A stretch of 64,000 nucleotides of DNA from a virus. Lineage: Duplodnaviria > Caudoviricetes. Every line of letters starts with the position of its first letter. Position 1 is the stretch's first letter. The notes under the pieces are model-generated. The model worked only from the letters and a program-made list of their open reading frames with translations, was not told where the DNA came from and did no database searches. The stretch covers positions 18,379 to 82,378 of IMG/VR virus record IMGVR_UViG_2513237354_000022, one strand, 5' to 3'. The translations under genes and the position numbers were made by a program. Below are positions 1 through 9,993 of this stretch, piece by piece.

Positions 1-35
1 CTTTCACCTTCGCCGTGTTCGGTCTGTCGCCCATG

Positions 36-509
36 TCACGCCCTCACCGCAAACGTGTTTATCGCCGCAGAAAGCAGGCCGCGCAGCAGGCCGGAAAGCC
101 AGGGAAAGGTCACCGCCCCGCTGTCCGCTTCGCCCGAATACTGCAGACTGACCTTACCGGCTATTTCCATCGTGACGCCACGCGTCAGCGCGCCGTCCAG
201 TTCACCGTCCTGCGCCGCCAGTGCCAGACGGCACTGTGCCTGCACCAGCTGGCGGGGAATGACGTCCGGACACAGTTGCTCATCATCTACATATACGCCC
301 CGGCGTGGCCACGGCAGCGGCTGCTCAGGCTCTGAACGTACACCCAGCCAGTTCAGCCCGTTCAGGTAATCCATCGCCTGAAACAGCAGCGCCGGGCACT
401 GCTCCTCATCGGGCACATCATGCCCCCGTGAGGCAGCAAACGCCGTCAGGTCATCCACGCTGATGTAGCTGTTAAAATCCGGCGAGAGGGGATCGGTATC
501 AATATCCAT
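36..509 (-). CDS. Phage head-tail connector (DnaT-like ssDNA-binding domain type)
   Basis: Start reassigned to MDIDTDP (ATG 509, RBS GGAG) because the ORF-track N-terminus runs into the IS end; NSYISVDDL...QAMDYL...QPLPWPR...IPRQLVQAQCRLA motifs; follows the capsid gene. Confidence 0.7.
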   Translation of the reverse strand: MDIDTDPLSPDFNSYISVDDLTAFAASRGHDVPDEEQCPALLFQAMDYLNGLNWLGVRSEPEQPLPWPRRGVYVDDEQLCPDVIPRQLVQAQCRLALAAQDGELDGALTRGVTMEIAGKVSLQYSGEADSGAVTFPWLSGLLRGLLSAAINTFAVRA

Positions 510-523
510 ACCTGCACTCCATG

Positions 524-541
524 AAAAAAGGGGCCGGAGCC
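524..541 (-). terminator. Remnant of the capsid-gene Rho-independent terminator, split by the IS
   Basis: Rejoined empty site reads (minus strand) GAAGGGGC-TCCG-GCCCCTTTTTT; the other half lies at 1836-1850. Confidence 0.7.
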
Positions 542-1835
542 CTGACGAATCCCCACAAAAATGAGACAGACATAGCAAGATGTGATCTACTGATTCTTCC
601 ACAAATTCAATGGGATCACCGCTATGCCTGCCCGTAAAGTATGTCAGAATTTTTTTCAGGATGCTCTCGGTTCTTTCCACAAGTACCGGCAGAGCGCTCT
701 GGTTGATGCCACGGTTGCTTTAATCAAGGGGGCATCGCTGACGCTAACGCGTATCGGACGTTTTCTACCGGGACAGGCTCAGGTAAAAAACAAAATCAAA
801 CGAGTAGATCGCCTGCTGGGGAACGAGTCACTTCAGAAGGATATTCCGATGATTTTTAAAAGTATTATTTCAATGCTGACCAGCAAGCTATCGTTATGCG
901 TGATAGCCGTAGACTGGAGTGGTTATCCATCTCAGGAGTATCACGTTCTCAGGGCAAGCCTGATTTGCGACGGTCGCTCAATACCCCTGCTGAGCCACAT
1001 TGTGCCATCCAGCAAGCAGAACAGCAGTGAAATCCAAAAAGGTTTTCTGAATGCGCTGGCAGAAACGATAAAGCCGGAGACAAAAGTGATTGTTATTACG
1101 GACGCAGGATTCAGAAATGCCTGGTTCAGCCACATAAAATCGCTGGGCTGGGACTTCGTGGGGCGTATTCGCGGCAATACTCAACTCCAGCTGAACAATA
1201 ACGGCGAGGGCTGGCTCAGAACCGGGGAAATCATTGCTGGCGACAGGCCGGAATATCTTGGCGAAGGAACGTTGTCACAGTCCACGCCGTGTGACGGGCA
1301 TTTTTATATTCAAAAAACGAAACCGAAGGGACGAAAACATAAGCGTGCCCGCTGTCGTATCAGACGCTCAAAACAGGTTCGTTGTGGTCGTTCAGCAGCG
1401 AAAGAGCCGTGGCTTCTTTTCGTCAGTAGTGCTGAATTTAAGCCTCGCGAGATCATGAAGCTGTACAGTCGTCGAATGCAGATAGAGCAGAATTTCCGCG
1501 ATGAGAAAAGCGAACGCTTCGGGTTTGGGTTACGAGCCAGTTACAGCCGTTCCGCCGGAAGAATACAGGTGCTGAGTCTGCTGGCAACGCTGAGTACGAT
1601 AGTGCTGTGGCTACTGGGGTTCCACGCTGAAAACAAAGGATTGCATCTGCGATATCAGGCCAACAGCATCAAGTCTCGCCGGGTGATCTCATACCTGACG
1701 TTAGCGAAGAATATTTTACGGCATTCTCCGCTAATGCTCAGGCGAATATCCCTGAAGGACGTTCTTAACAATTTAACAAGGGTTTACCACAAAATGGTGC
1801 TGGTTTATTAGCGTCAATTTGTGGGGATCCCTCAG
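542..1835 (+). mobile_element. IS4-family insertion sequence (IS10 group)
   Basis: Terminal IRs CTGACGAATCCCCACAAA / rc CTGAGGGATCCCCACAAA resemble IS10 ends; flanking direct repeat GGCCGGAGCC at 532-541 and 1836-1845. Confidence 0.93.
624..1811 (+). CDS. IS4-family DDE transposase (IS10-like)
   Basis: 395 aa; IAVDWS, VITDAGF and YSRRMQIEQNFRDEKS motifs typical of IS10-group transposases. Confidence 0.93.
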   Translation: MPARKVCQNFFQDALGSFHKYRQSALVDATVALIKGASLTLTRIGRFLPGQAQVKNKIKRVDRLLGNESLQKDIPMIFKSIISMLTSKLSLCVIAVDWSGYPSQEYHVLRASLICDGRSIPLLSHIVPSSKQNSSEIQKGFLNALAETIKPETKVIVITDAGFRNAWFSHIKSLGWDFVGRIRGNTQLQLNNNGEGWLRTGEIIAGDRPEYLGEGTLSQSTPCDGHFYIQKTKPKGRKHKRARCRIRRSKQVRCGRSAAKEPWLLFVSSAEFKPREIMKLYSRRMQIEQNFRDEKSERFGFGLRASYSRSAGRIQVLSLLATLSTIVLWLLGFHAENKGLHLRYQANSIKSRRVISYLTLAKNILRHSPLMLRRISLKDVLNNLTRVYHKMVLVY

Positions 1836-1855
1836 GGCCGGAGCCCCTTCGATGA

Positions 1856-2809
1856 TTAGCTTGACGCCTGACCGCCAACGTTGATCAGCACGCCCGCAGT
1901 CGCCTTGTTCTCCTTAAAGTGCTTCGTCCAGTTCCCTTTGGTGCCGATTTTGGTGATGTCGGGATTTGCCCCTTTCGCCGTCGCCCAGCTATAGCCCAGC
2001 AAATCGATGTTCACCACGCCTTCCGCGCGATAACCGATGGCGAGGTTCTCCTGGTCGTTAATCGGATAGGAGCGGAAACCCGGTGCCTGCGACTCCGTGA
2101 TTTTTACCGCGTTGGGTACCAGACCCAGAATGGAATCTGCCGGGCAGCGGTCGGTGACCAGCACCGGCTTACCCAGCGTGCCCGGCTGACCGCCATAGAC
2201 CACCACGCCCGCCTCTTCGTAAAGCTTGTTGTCGATGGCCTGATCGACAATATCGAAGTAGGTCGCGGAGTGCATAACGAACAGCGAGACGCGGTTGAAC
2301 TTATCGCCGTACTTACGCAGGCCGCGGGTCAGCGTTTTTTTGCCGTCGGTGGCGATATCGGCACTCACCTGCATGTCGTTATTGTTGCCGATGGCGGCCA
2401 CCAGCGCCTTCACGGCATAGCTGATATAACCTTCAAGCGAAGCATCAGCGGCATCGGTGCCCACCACCTCAGAGAACTCGCTTACGTCACGGCCGCGGCG
2501 CTTGAAGGCTTCTTCGGTCGTGGTGTACGGGCCATACTTCCAGGGGGTTTTAACGCCGATCACTTCGCCGGCACCGATTTTCTGGCCTTCGATGGTTTTG
2601 GTGGATTCAACGTCGCGGAACTCAATCGAGCCGCCTACCTGATAAAAAGCGCGCTTTTTGAAATCACCTTCAATCAGTTCGTTATCGAGAATGATCGCAC
2701 CGTTCGATGAGGCGTTAAATACGTTGAGATTATCCTGGCGACGTTCCAGAAAGGCTGTCTGCGCCAGATCGTCGTAAATGATCATGTCGGCATTGGTTGT
2801 CGTTGACAT
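1856..2809 (-). CDS. Major capsid protein (prophage 1)
   Basis: 317 aa, directly downstream of the scaffold and followed by a terminator; sequence resembles enterobacterial prophage capsid proteins. Confidence 0.8.
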   Translation of the reverse strand: MSTTTNADMIIYDDLAQTAFLERRQDNLNVFNASSNGAIILDNELIEGDFKKRAFYQVGGSIEFRDVESTKTIEGQKIGAGEVIGVKTPWKYGPYTTTEEAFKRRGRDVSEFSEVVGTDAADASLEGYISYAVKALVAAIGNNNDMQVSADIATDGKKTLTRGLRKYGDKFNRVSLFVMHSATYFDIVDQAIDNKLYEEAGVVVYGGQPGTLGKPVLVTDRCPADSILGLVPNAVKITESQAPGFRSYPINDQENLAIGYRAEGVVNIDLLGYSWATAKGANPDITKIGTKGNWTKHFKENKATAGVLINVGGQASS

Positions 2810-2822
2810 GGTTTTTCAGTCC

Positions 2823-3605
2823 TTAGTCTTTAGGGAGGCGCAAAAAGGCCTGCTGGCCATGTTTGCGGATATAGTCGGCTTTCTGCTGTGACGACATGAC
2901 AGAACGCTTCAGAGCACCGCCCGCACCGGAACGGTGACCACCTGCCCCGGTGCCTTCGGCCTGCGGGAACAGATGGGGAGCTGTCTCTTTCAGGGATTCG
3001 GCCCACTCCAGCGGCGTAAGCGGGGTTTTGCCGTCTTTCCCCAGCACCGGATTACCCTCATCGTCCACCGCCACGGCCTCGCCGTCATCGTTCAGGGTGA
3101 AGGTGCCGCGTGCGCGCAGAATAATGTCGTCGGCCGCACCCGGCAGCGCACCGGTTTTCAGCGCAGCGCTGCGGATGGCATCGCCCAAGACGCGATCGCT
3201 GAACTTTCTGGTAAACGCTTCGGCCTTTTCCGCACGCTCGTTGGCGGCCTGGATCTGCTTTTCCACGTCGGCGCGCAGGCGCTCGGTGCGCTTGTTCAGC
3301 ACATCGTCAATTTTTCCTTCGGCAATCAGCTTTGCCTCTTCGTCGTCGGAAAAGCGCTGCAGAATGGTTTTAACGGCGTCCGGATCGATACCGTCAAAAC
3401 GCGCGAGGTTATCTTTTTGCTGCTTAATGGTTCCCAACAGTTCGCTGTTTTTGGTTTTCAGGCCGGTAACGACGCTGTTTACACGCGCATCAATGATCTG
3501 TTGAATTTCCGGCGTAATTTCTGGCTCACCACCTGATGGTGCGCCGCCGTCACCGTTCTCATCAGCTGCCGCGTAATATTTCAGGAACATATTTCTGAAA
3601 AGCAT
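2823..3605 (-). CDS. Head scaffolding protein
   Basis: Coiled-coil, charged protein with C-terminal G-x-G-A-G-G and KADYIRKHGQQAFLRLPK; lies between gp7 and capsid. Confidence 0.75.
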   Translation of the reverse strand: MLFRNMFLKYYAAADENGDGGAPSGGEPEITPEIQQIIDARVNSVVTGLKTKNSELLGTIKQQKDNLARFDGIDPDAVKTILQRFSDDEEAKLIAEGKIDDVLNKRTERLRADVEKQIQAANERAEKAEAFTRKFSDRVLGDAIRSAALKTGALPGAADDIILRARGTFTLNDDGEAVAVDDEGNPVLGKDGKTPLTPLEWAESLKETAPHLFPQAEGTGAGGHRSGAGGALKRSVMSSQQKADYIRKHGQQAFLRLPKD

Positions 3606-3646
3606 GTTTTCCCCTCGGGAATGGTCAGTTATCGGGCTTCGCCCAT

Positions 3647-3672
3647 AAAAAAGCCCCGGCTTAGCCAGGGCT
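3647..3672 (-). terminator. Probable Rho-independent terminator
   Basis: AGCCCTGGC-TAA-GCCGGGGCT followed by a T run on the minus strand. Confidence 0.5.
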
Positions 3673-3691
3673 GCTGTTCGTTATGAAGACG

Positions 3692-4803
3692 TCAGTCGAG
3701 ACCGGCGCGCTTAAACGCTGCGGCGTCCCGCTGGCGAAGCTCGTCCAGCGTCAGCCACCGGCCGTCTTCGGTATAAAAGAAAGTTTCAGTCCGCCGCTGC
3801 GAAGCAGTCTTCCACGCATTGGTCCGAGAATGTCATCCTGCCGGCTGGCACGCTGTCGAGCTATCCAGGCCGGATAGGTGACCGGCTTCGGTACCTCACC
3901 GCTGAGCGCGTCTTTTTCATCGCCGGTGAGGTCATCAGGTAGCAGGCCCATTTCCTGCCAGCTTCTGAATATCAGCGTGTAGGTGGAGCGGCAGTGAAAG
4001 TGCAGCCGCCCCGGTCCGTCTCCCCACGGTATACCGTGTTTTATGGGCTGATTATGCAGGGTGTAGGTCAGCGCATCACGGATCCGGCAAGGCGGCGAGG
4101 TTTTATTATCCAGGGTGGACAGCCACTGTTTGGCCTTGATCAGGTGATCGTTCGCCGTCGCCGTCTGCTCCCGCACGACTTCAGCTGCATGCGCCAGCGT
4201 GCTGTAACCGATGGCGGAGGCGTTGGCCCGGCTTTTATTCAGCGCGCCGTCCTGCCAGTTACGGGCCTTTGTGCCACGCACGTTTCTGACGGTCTGATCG
4301 GGCGCGTCACCCCTGCCCTGCCCGGTGCGTACCGTATTGACGATGCGCGCGAAGCGGTCGGCCTCAAGCTTATCGGTCCACTCCTTCAGCGCATAACCGT
4401 GAAAGGGTTCAGTCACGGCCCGCAAGTAGGCCTGCCCGGCATCGATTTTTTTCAGCAGCCCGCGCTGGCTCACCACCTCCGGCAGCAGGGACTTAATCAG
4501 GTCGAAGCCGAATCCGGTCTCATACTCCGTGAAATCTTTAAGCACCTGACCGAGCTCGCCGAAAAAGCGCGTCACCGCCTTACGGTTAATGTCCCTGACG
4601 GGAGCCAGCAGGCGGGACATTTTTTTAACGGAGAGGCTGCCTGCGGGTATATCTTCCAGCTCCACCAGCAGCCTAGCGGCCAGCTCTGCATCGTCAGCGC
4701 TGAGCGTGGCCACCAGCTTACTGACGACGCCCGCTTCATAGCGCGTCAGGTGAACCCGGTGTGCTATCTGCTCGTCACGCAGACGCTCATTTATCGTCGG
4801 CAT
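3692..4803 (-). pseudogene. SPP1 gp7/MuF-like minor head protein, frameshifted near the C-terminus
   Basis: WLSTLDNKTSPPCRIRD and PGRLHFHCRS motifs; the natural-looking ending FYTEDGRWLTLDELRQRDAAAFKRAGLD* (stop 3692) is in another frame after ~3780. Confidence 0.75.
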
Positions 4804-6199
4804 AATTCAGTCCGGTAAAGGTGGGAGCCTTGTCCTTGAGAGCCTGAATAACGTCATCCAGATCGGCAGCAGGGTTGATGATGTCAAGCTTCTGGAATAC
4901 CCGCACCAGATCGTCGTCGCGCATGGCGCCTGACTGCCAGGCACTGACAATGGCCGACACCATGCCGGAATCGGCCACGCGGGCGATAAACTCTTGATTC
5001 AGCGTGTAGCTCCAGCCGCCTGACGCATCACCGGCATAACGGGCGCACCAGTTCAGCGCCCGTGTGTAGGCCTCGGACACGTTAGCCACGCAGATGCTCA
5101 GTAAAGACGTTGCGGCACTCTGCTCACTGCTGGCCTGCGTGGTTGTTTTTACCGCTGAATTCTGCTCAATCAGCCTGGCACCCAGCGCAACCATATAGTC
5201 ACGCTTGCTGTCCATCGCCTCTTTAGCCAGCATATTGGGCTGTGCCTGAGCGTAAGCGAAAGTGCCATCTTTCGGCAGCATCAGCGGATTGCGGGAGCCG
5301 ACTTTAACACCTGACTTTTCCAGATGATCCCGCCATTCCGTGGTCAGGCCCGACATCCACGGCTGAACCTGCCCGCAGAACCACACGCTGTCTTCATAAT
5401 CAGCGCTGTTGCGGTAGTGGCCGAGGTTGATTTCGGCCAGGGCGGCCAGCGGCGGCTCGTCCAGCGTCGGATCGTTATTCTGCGCACCAATAAAGGCAAA
5501 TGGGATTTCATTCCACGGCTCAGCAGACGCAAACGCGCGCGGAATAATTTCCTCAGCAACGACATAAGGGCCGGTTTCTTCCGGGCCGGTGCGTTTCCAG
5601 ATGCGGCAGACGAACGTGCCGTTTTCCAGCGCCAGCTCACGATACTGCACGCGCAGCTTAAACCCGAACCCGTCAGGCTCTTCAGTGACCTCGCGCAGCA
5701 CCACCAGCACAAGGGATGTGCGCCCCTCAATAGTCTGTGTGCGCCAGTTGATGATGTCTTCAGCCCGGTAGCCCACGATAATTGGCCGGTTTTCTGCCGT
5801 GGCATAGTCCACATACAGTCCCTCGCGGCCCGCTTCAAGAATATTTTCCAGCACCACCTGCGACTGCTGATAAATGCTGGTTCCGGCCCCGTCCGCGTTA
5901 TTGAGCAGGCAGGCCAGCTTATCCGGCGCGTTAATCGTGGGCACCTTACGAAAGGCCATGCCCAGCATGCCGATTTTGGTATTGACCGAAATGGGATAGA
6001 AAACGGCGCGGTCCAGGTAATCCTCATTGCGCCGCCTGTTGCGTGCGGAAAGGTCGGTCGGATCCAGCCGGGGGAGATACGCATGCCCGGCACTCTTGAC
6101 CGCATCGGCCCCGCGACAGACTTCACGGATCATTTTCCACAGGGGCATCGCCGCCCTGTGCTCGGGGCGGACAAACGTAATGTCGTAGTTTTCGCTCAT
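4787..6199 (-). CDS. Portal protein (DUF4055 type)
   Basis: 470 aa between terL and gp7; YLDRAVFYP, YRAEDIINW and EIPFAFIG motifs. Confidence 0.85.
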   Translation of the reverse strand: MSENYDITFVRPEHRAAMPLWKMIREVCRGADAVKSAGHAYLPRLDPTDLSARNRRRNEDYLDRAVFYPISVNTKIGMLGMAFRKVPTINAPDKLACLLNNADGAGTSIYQQSQVVLENILEAGREGLYVDYATAENRPIIVGYRAEDIINWRTQTIEGRTSLVLVVLREVTEEPDGFGFKLRVQYRELALENGTFVCRIWKRTGPEETGPYVVAEEIIPRAFASAEPWNEIPFAFIGAQNNDPTLDEPPLAALAEINLGHYRNSADYEDSVWFCGQVQPWMSGLTTEWRDHLEKSGVKVGSRNPLMLPKDGTFAYAQAQPNMLAKEAMDSKRDYMVALGARLIEQNSAVKTTTQASSEQSAATSLLSICVANVSEAYTRALNWCARYAGDASGGWSYTLNQEFIARVADSGMVSAIVSAWQSGAMRDDDLVRVFQKLDIINPAADLDDVIQALKDKAPTFTGLNYADDK

Positions 6200-7515
6200 C
6201 AGAAAGTCGTATCCAGAGAGATGGAGAAGGCAGGTTTCACGATGGGGAACTGCTTCACAATGTAATAACCACCAGCGTCGTTGGGATGATCGTTGCCGGA
6301 TTTTTTATCCGGCTCACCGTTATCACCCCATACCTGCTGTTCCAGCGACTCGGTGTAAACCGGGCAACGTTTCACGTTAACCTTATAGCGACGTTCGCCA
6401 TTGCCGTTGCAGAGCATGGCGTTCATGGCATTAATGCGATCCTTAACCGGCGGGTTAGCCTCATCAACAATGACATGAAAACCTGCCTGTCTGAGCTGGG
6501 CGATATCAGTGGTGCTGGCGTTACTCGATTTCCGCGAGTCGCCTGATGCATCCGGGTAAATATAGATTTCACGCACCTTACGATAATCGTCGCCATCACA
6601 GAGCCAGAAACGCTCTTTAATTATGCGGATCATATCCGGTGTATCGTAAGCATTGATGATTTCACTCACTGCGCGCGGCAGACCCAAGCGAAGTACGTGG
6701 ACGATACCTGCCATTTTCCCCACGTTGAAATCCATACCAATATAAAGTGGTTCGCCCGGCTGCTCTTCTTCTTCGCAGTTATTCAGTCTGCGATCAAACT
6801 GATGATAAATCGTGCCGCTGGTCAGGTTGGTGAAAAGCCCGCGCAGATACGCCTTAATCAGCTCAGACGGGTACGATTCCATCAGCGAGGGGATATAGTC
6901 CGGAGGGAGGTTTTTCTCGTTATCAAACGTCGAAGCCTGCACCAGCCCGTACAGGGTTGTCAGCGAGGGCTTGTTGCGTACAGCTTTTACAAATTGCTGA
7001 TAAACGAATTTAAATCCTTCGGGTGTGGTCGTAACGTCAATGCCGTTCCGCAGGCCTGGTACTTTATAACGCATGCGGGCAATGATTTTTCGCCAGGCTA
7101 ATTCCGCTTTTTTCGCGGGCATAACATCCAGCTCATCAATAAGCGCATTACCGATTTTGAAACCCACGATCGTCTGTGGTTTTTCCATCGATCGGCAAAT
7201 CGTCGTGCCGCGGTACTGCCTGCCGACGTAGAAGTGCACCTCTTTATTACTTTCATTGATTTCAACGCGCATTCCCCAGTCAAAGGCAACCTCCTCAACC
7301 GTCGGATAAAAAATGTCGCGGATCTGTGGATAAGTGGGTGCAAAATATCCCTGATTGATGCGGGGGTGCTCCCACATTTCTTTACAGATACCACCACATC
7401 CCACCCACGTTTTACCGGAGCCAAATCCGGCAACGTATGCCCTGAACTTGTGAGGCATGGCAAGAAATCGCGCCTGAGGAATATTAAGTGTCGGTGAGAT
7501 CCCCATCATCGTCAT
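6199..7515 (-). CDS. Terminase large subunit (prophage 1)
   Basis: Walker A AGFGSGKT, Walker B LIDELD, nuclease IGMDFN...DHPNDA. Confidence 0.92.
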   Translation of the reverse strand: MTMMGISPTLNIPQARFLAMPHKFRAYVAGFGSGKTWVGCGGICKEMWEHPRINQGYFAPTYPQIRDIFYPTVEEVAFDWGMRVEINESNKEVHFYVGRQYRGTTICRSMEKPQTIVGFKIGNALIDELDVMPAKKAELAWRKIIARMRYKVPGLRNGIDVTTTPEGFKFVYQQFVKAVRNKPSLTTLYGLVQASTFDNEKNLPPDYIPSLMESYPSELIKAYLRGLFTNLTSGTIYHQFDRRLNNCEEEEQPGEPLYIGMDFNVGKMAGIVHVLRLGLPRAVSEIINAYDTPDMIRIIKERFWLCDGDDYRKVREIYIYPDASGDSRKSSNASTTDIAQLRQAGFHVIVDEANPPVKDRINAMNAMLCNGNGERRYKVNVKRCPVYTESLEQQVWGDNGEPDKKSGNDHPNDAGGYYIVKQFPIVKPAFSISLDTTF

Positions 7516-8725
7516 TCCTTACGCGGGCATCCACGACGTTAATATTAATGGCCACTGGTACCGGCTCGCTGTCCTCCGGTTCTGAAGACATTTCCCTGCG
7601 CAGTTTTTCAACTTCAAGCTGACGCCGCTCTATTTCAATCTGCTGCAGGCGCTGAGCATATTCGCTCTCAGCTAAATAACTGATCCTAATACCGCTACAC
7701 TTTAGCCAGCCCATGTTTCCCCCGGGGAATGGGCTGACGGTATTCATAAAGTGATGGACCTTTTTCAACAGTTGCCACATTGAACTGCACTGGTGATTTC
7801 GGGTTATTGTCTCATGAAGCGCCTGCCACAACCGTTCGACATGATTGACCCACGGCGAGTAAATCGGCTGGTAAATGACCCTGAACTTTGGGTTTGCTTT
7901 CAGCCAGCGCAACGTTTCACGGCTTTTGTGGATGATGTAGTTATCTACAATGAGCGTAATCGTTTTTGCACGCCGGTATGTCGCCTTCAGATGTTTTAAC
8001 AGTCTGATAAATAAGGATGAACCTTTACTGTTTCCACCAACGTAGCTGACTTTTCCCGTACCGCTGTGCAGCGCACCGGCAAGATAGTACTTTTCATTCT
8101 GGCCCGGAGTGACAACTCGTTTTTGCTGCCCGCGTAACTGCCAGTCAGCACCGATTTTCGGGTTGAGATGAATATCCACTTCATCTTCGTAAAACACGGG
8201 GTTTTCCGCACTACATTTCGCCAGTGCTTCATGGATAGCGACCATTTTTTCTTCTTTGTGTGGGTCACGGATACGCAGTGTCGGCGCGGCTCTCCGCCAT
8301 ACCAGGCCGGCAGCAGGTAACCATCGCCGGATGGTTGAAGCATGTAGCGGACAACCGGTGATATCACGGATTTTTATCGCCAGAAGTTCGGTGCTCCAGC
8401 GGGAACGCTGATAACCAAAATCGCCGGGAGAATGCTTAACAAGCTCACGCAGCAATGCGCAAATATGTTCGAACGGCCAGCGCCTCCCGCGTCCTGACGG
8501 TAATGACTTCAGGCCTTCAGCACCAGACAGAGTGAACCAGTTAATCCAGCGACCAATCGATGAGCGGGCACAGCAGAGTGTTCTGGCAACATGACTGACG
8601 GTGTCACCACGATGCAGCATCAGCATGGCGGTGAGCCGCCGGGCGTGGTTTTTGTCCTTTGTTTTATGGATAGTTTTCTGCATCAGGCGTCGTTCGGTTC
8701 TGGGTATTGGTGCTATGATCGACAT
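7484..8725 (-). CDS. IS630 transposase, frameshifted at its 3' end and fused to the terS C-terminus
   Basis: Identical to the 343-aa copy 2 up to SPFPGG; T3 instead of T4 near 7716 removes the stop. Confidence 0.85.
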   Translation of the reverse strand: MSIIAPIPRTERRLMQKTIHKTKDKNHARRLTAMLMLHRGDTVSHVARTLCCARSSIGRWINWFTLSGAEGLKSLPSGRGRRWPFEHICALLRELVKHSPGDFGYQRSRWSTELLAIKIRDITGCPLHASTIRRWLPAAGLVWRRAAPTLRIRDPHKEEKMVAIHEALAKCSAENPVFYEDEVDIHLNPKIGADWQLRGQQKRVVTPGQNEKYYLAGALHSGTGKVSYVGGNSKGSSLFIRLLKHLKATYRRAKTITLIVDNYIIHKSRETLRWLKANPKFRVIYQPIYSPWVNHVERLWQALHETITRNHQCSSMWQLLKKVHHFMNTVSPFPGGNMGWLKCSGIRISYLAESEYAQRLQQIEIERRQLEVEKLRREMSSEPEDSEPVPVAININVVDARVRNDDDGDLTDT

Positions 8726-8825
8726 TGCTCAGTCCGGCTGGTGATTTGGGATATTCAGCGATTGATCAGATCGCATAAACCGGACTGAGTTCCCTCTAAG
8801 TGATCTACTATTCCGAGCAGTTATT
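7675..8825 (-). mobile_element. IS630 insertion sequence, copy 1
   Basis: Duplicated TA at 7673-7674 and 8826-8827 within a CTAG target; IRs AATAACTG(A/C)TC; near-identical to 60642-61793. Confidence 0.95.
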
Positions 8826-9708
8826 TAGCCCGAGACGCTTCATAACTGCCTCAAACATCCGCTCTCTGTTGATTGTGGATATTTCCACACCGCCCTTGGT
8901 AATTTTCGTACCGGCATAAGCAAGTAGCCCAACTGAAGACAGCTTTGTTGAGTCCTGCATGACTGCGCGGCCTATACCTTCACCGTTGCACCGTGGACAT
9001 TCAGGATTAGGATCGTGCGTGTGGTCGTAGCCGTACCCACCTGCATCCCGAGGCTCTTTTCGTTTCCGCTCAAGTGCCTCATAGCACTTCTCTTCAAACT
9101 CAACGGCATCACGCACTGGTACTGATGGCCAAAGCCCCAACAGTACCGACATGCGCCACGACGATATTGCGAGATTTCGTTGGCATCGAAGGTGGCAAGC
9201 TGCCAGGCCTTTTCCAGCACCTCATCAGCCGACCCAAGCGTGCGCATAATTGAGGCTTTTTGCTGCTGCGCAATTGACTGCGCAACTGAAGTTTTCTGAA
9301 GCAACTGATAGCCAATTTGTTCTGCGCTTTTTTTACTGTAGCCAGCGCGTAAAGCAGCCTGCGTGGCATTGCTATCTTTGAGATATTCCGCAACGAAAAG
9401 GCGTTGCTGGTCAGTAAGTCCATTACCATGGATAAGCTTTTCTGCGCATTTATCTGTATGCGCAGTGCGCAGTCTTTTCTGCGCATTTTTTTGCGTACTT
9501 TGCGCAGATGGCTTTTTTACGTAGCGACGCGCTGATACATAATTAAGCCCCTGCGCCTCACACCAGTCTTTCGGGGAGATACCGGTTTTTGCATGTGCGG
9601 ACAGGAACCGTTGCTGAAGTTCGCCCCAGTCCGGTTTTGCCATTGATTAACTCTCCGTTGAAGAAGGGTAATTCAGAATGCCTGCACTTTTTTTTAAGGG
9701 CACCTGCC

Positions 9709-9882
9709 ATGTTTAAAGTTCTGATAATCAGCTGCTGCCTGCTTATCGCAGGTTGCAGTGCGCTTTCTCATCAACGGAACGATCATACTGAGTATGAAAA
9801 CTCCCCGCCTGAATGTACTTCTCATGGCGATGAGCTGGACTGCTGCTGGGAGGTTCCTGACAACCTGCCCCCGGTCAATTAA
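9709..9882 (+). CDS. Small Cys-rich lipoprotein (moron, antisense to late genes)
   Basis: MFKVLIISCCLLIAGC: basic N-terminus, hydrophobic core and LIAG-C lipobox; 57 aa. Confidence 0.6.
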   Translation: MFKVLIISCCLLIAGCSALSHQRNDHTEYENSPPECTSHGDELDCCWEVPDNLPPVN

Positions 9883-9993
9883 TCTGTGACGCACTGTGCG
9901 TTTAATTAATAACCAGTACAGAGCAACGCCCCGCGCCGGAAATTACACCGCCGGGGAAATATTAAAAATCGCAGGATCTGCTCATCGTTCCTG

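Larger units (their letters stand above)
7484..9643 (-). pseudogene. Terminase small subunit, frameshifted (~9113) and interrupted by IS630
   Basis: MAKPDW N-terminus and LTDQQRLFVAEYLKDSNATQAALRAGYS motif. YQ(W)RDAVEF lacks one G. Removing the IS restores MKRLGL-AESEYAQRLQQIEIERRQ. Confidence 0.85.

Noticed and set aside
510-680. N-terminal extension of ORF 36-680
   Set aside because: It reads through the terminator remnant and IS end; the RBS-supported start is at 509.
1919-6265. Long plus-strand ORFs (1919-2710, 2934-3536, 3994-4818, 5324-6265)
   Set aside because: Antisense shadows of the capsid, scaffold, gp7 and portal genes, with no recognisable motifs.
7484-8725. 413-aa transposase-terminase chimera as an evolved fusion protein
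   Set aside because: Explained by one missing T relative to the intact copy; accident or sequencing error.
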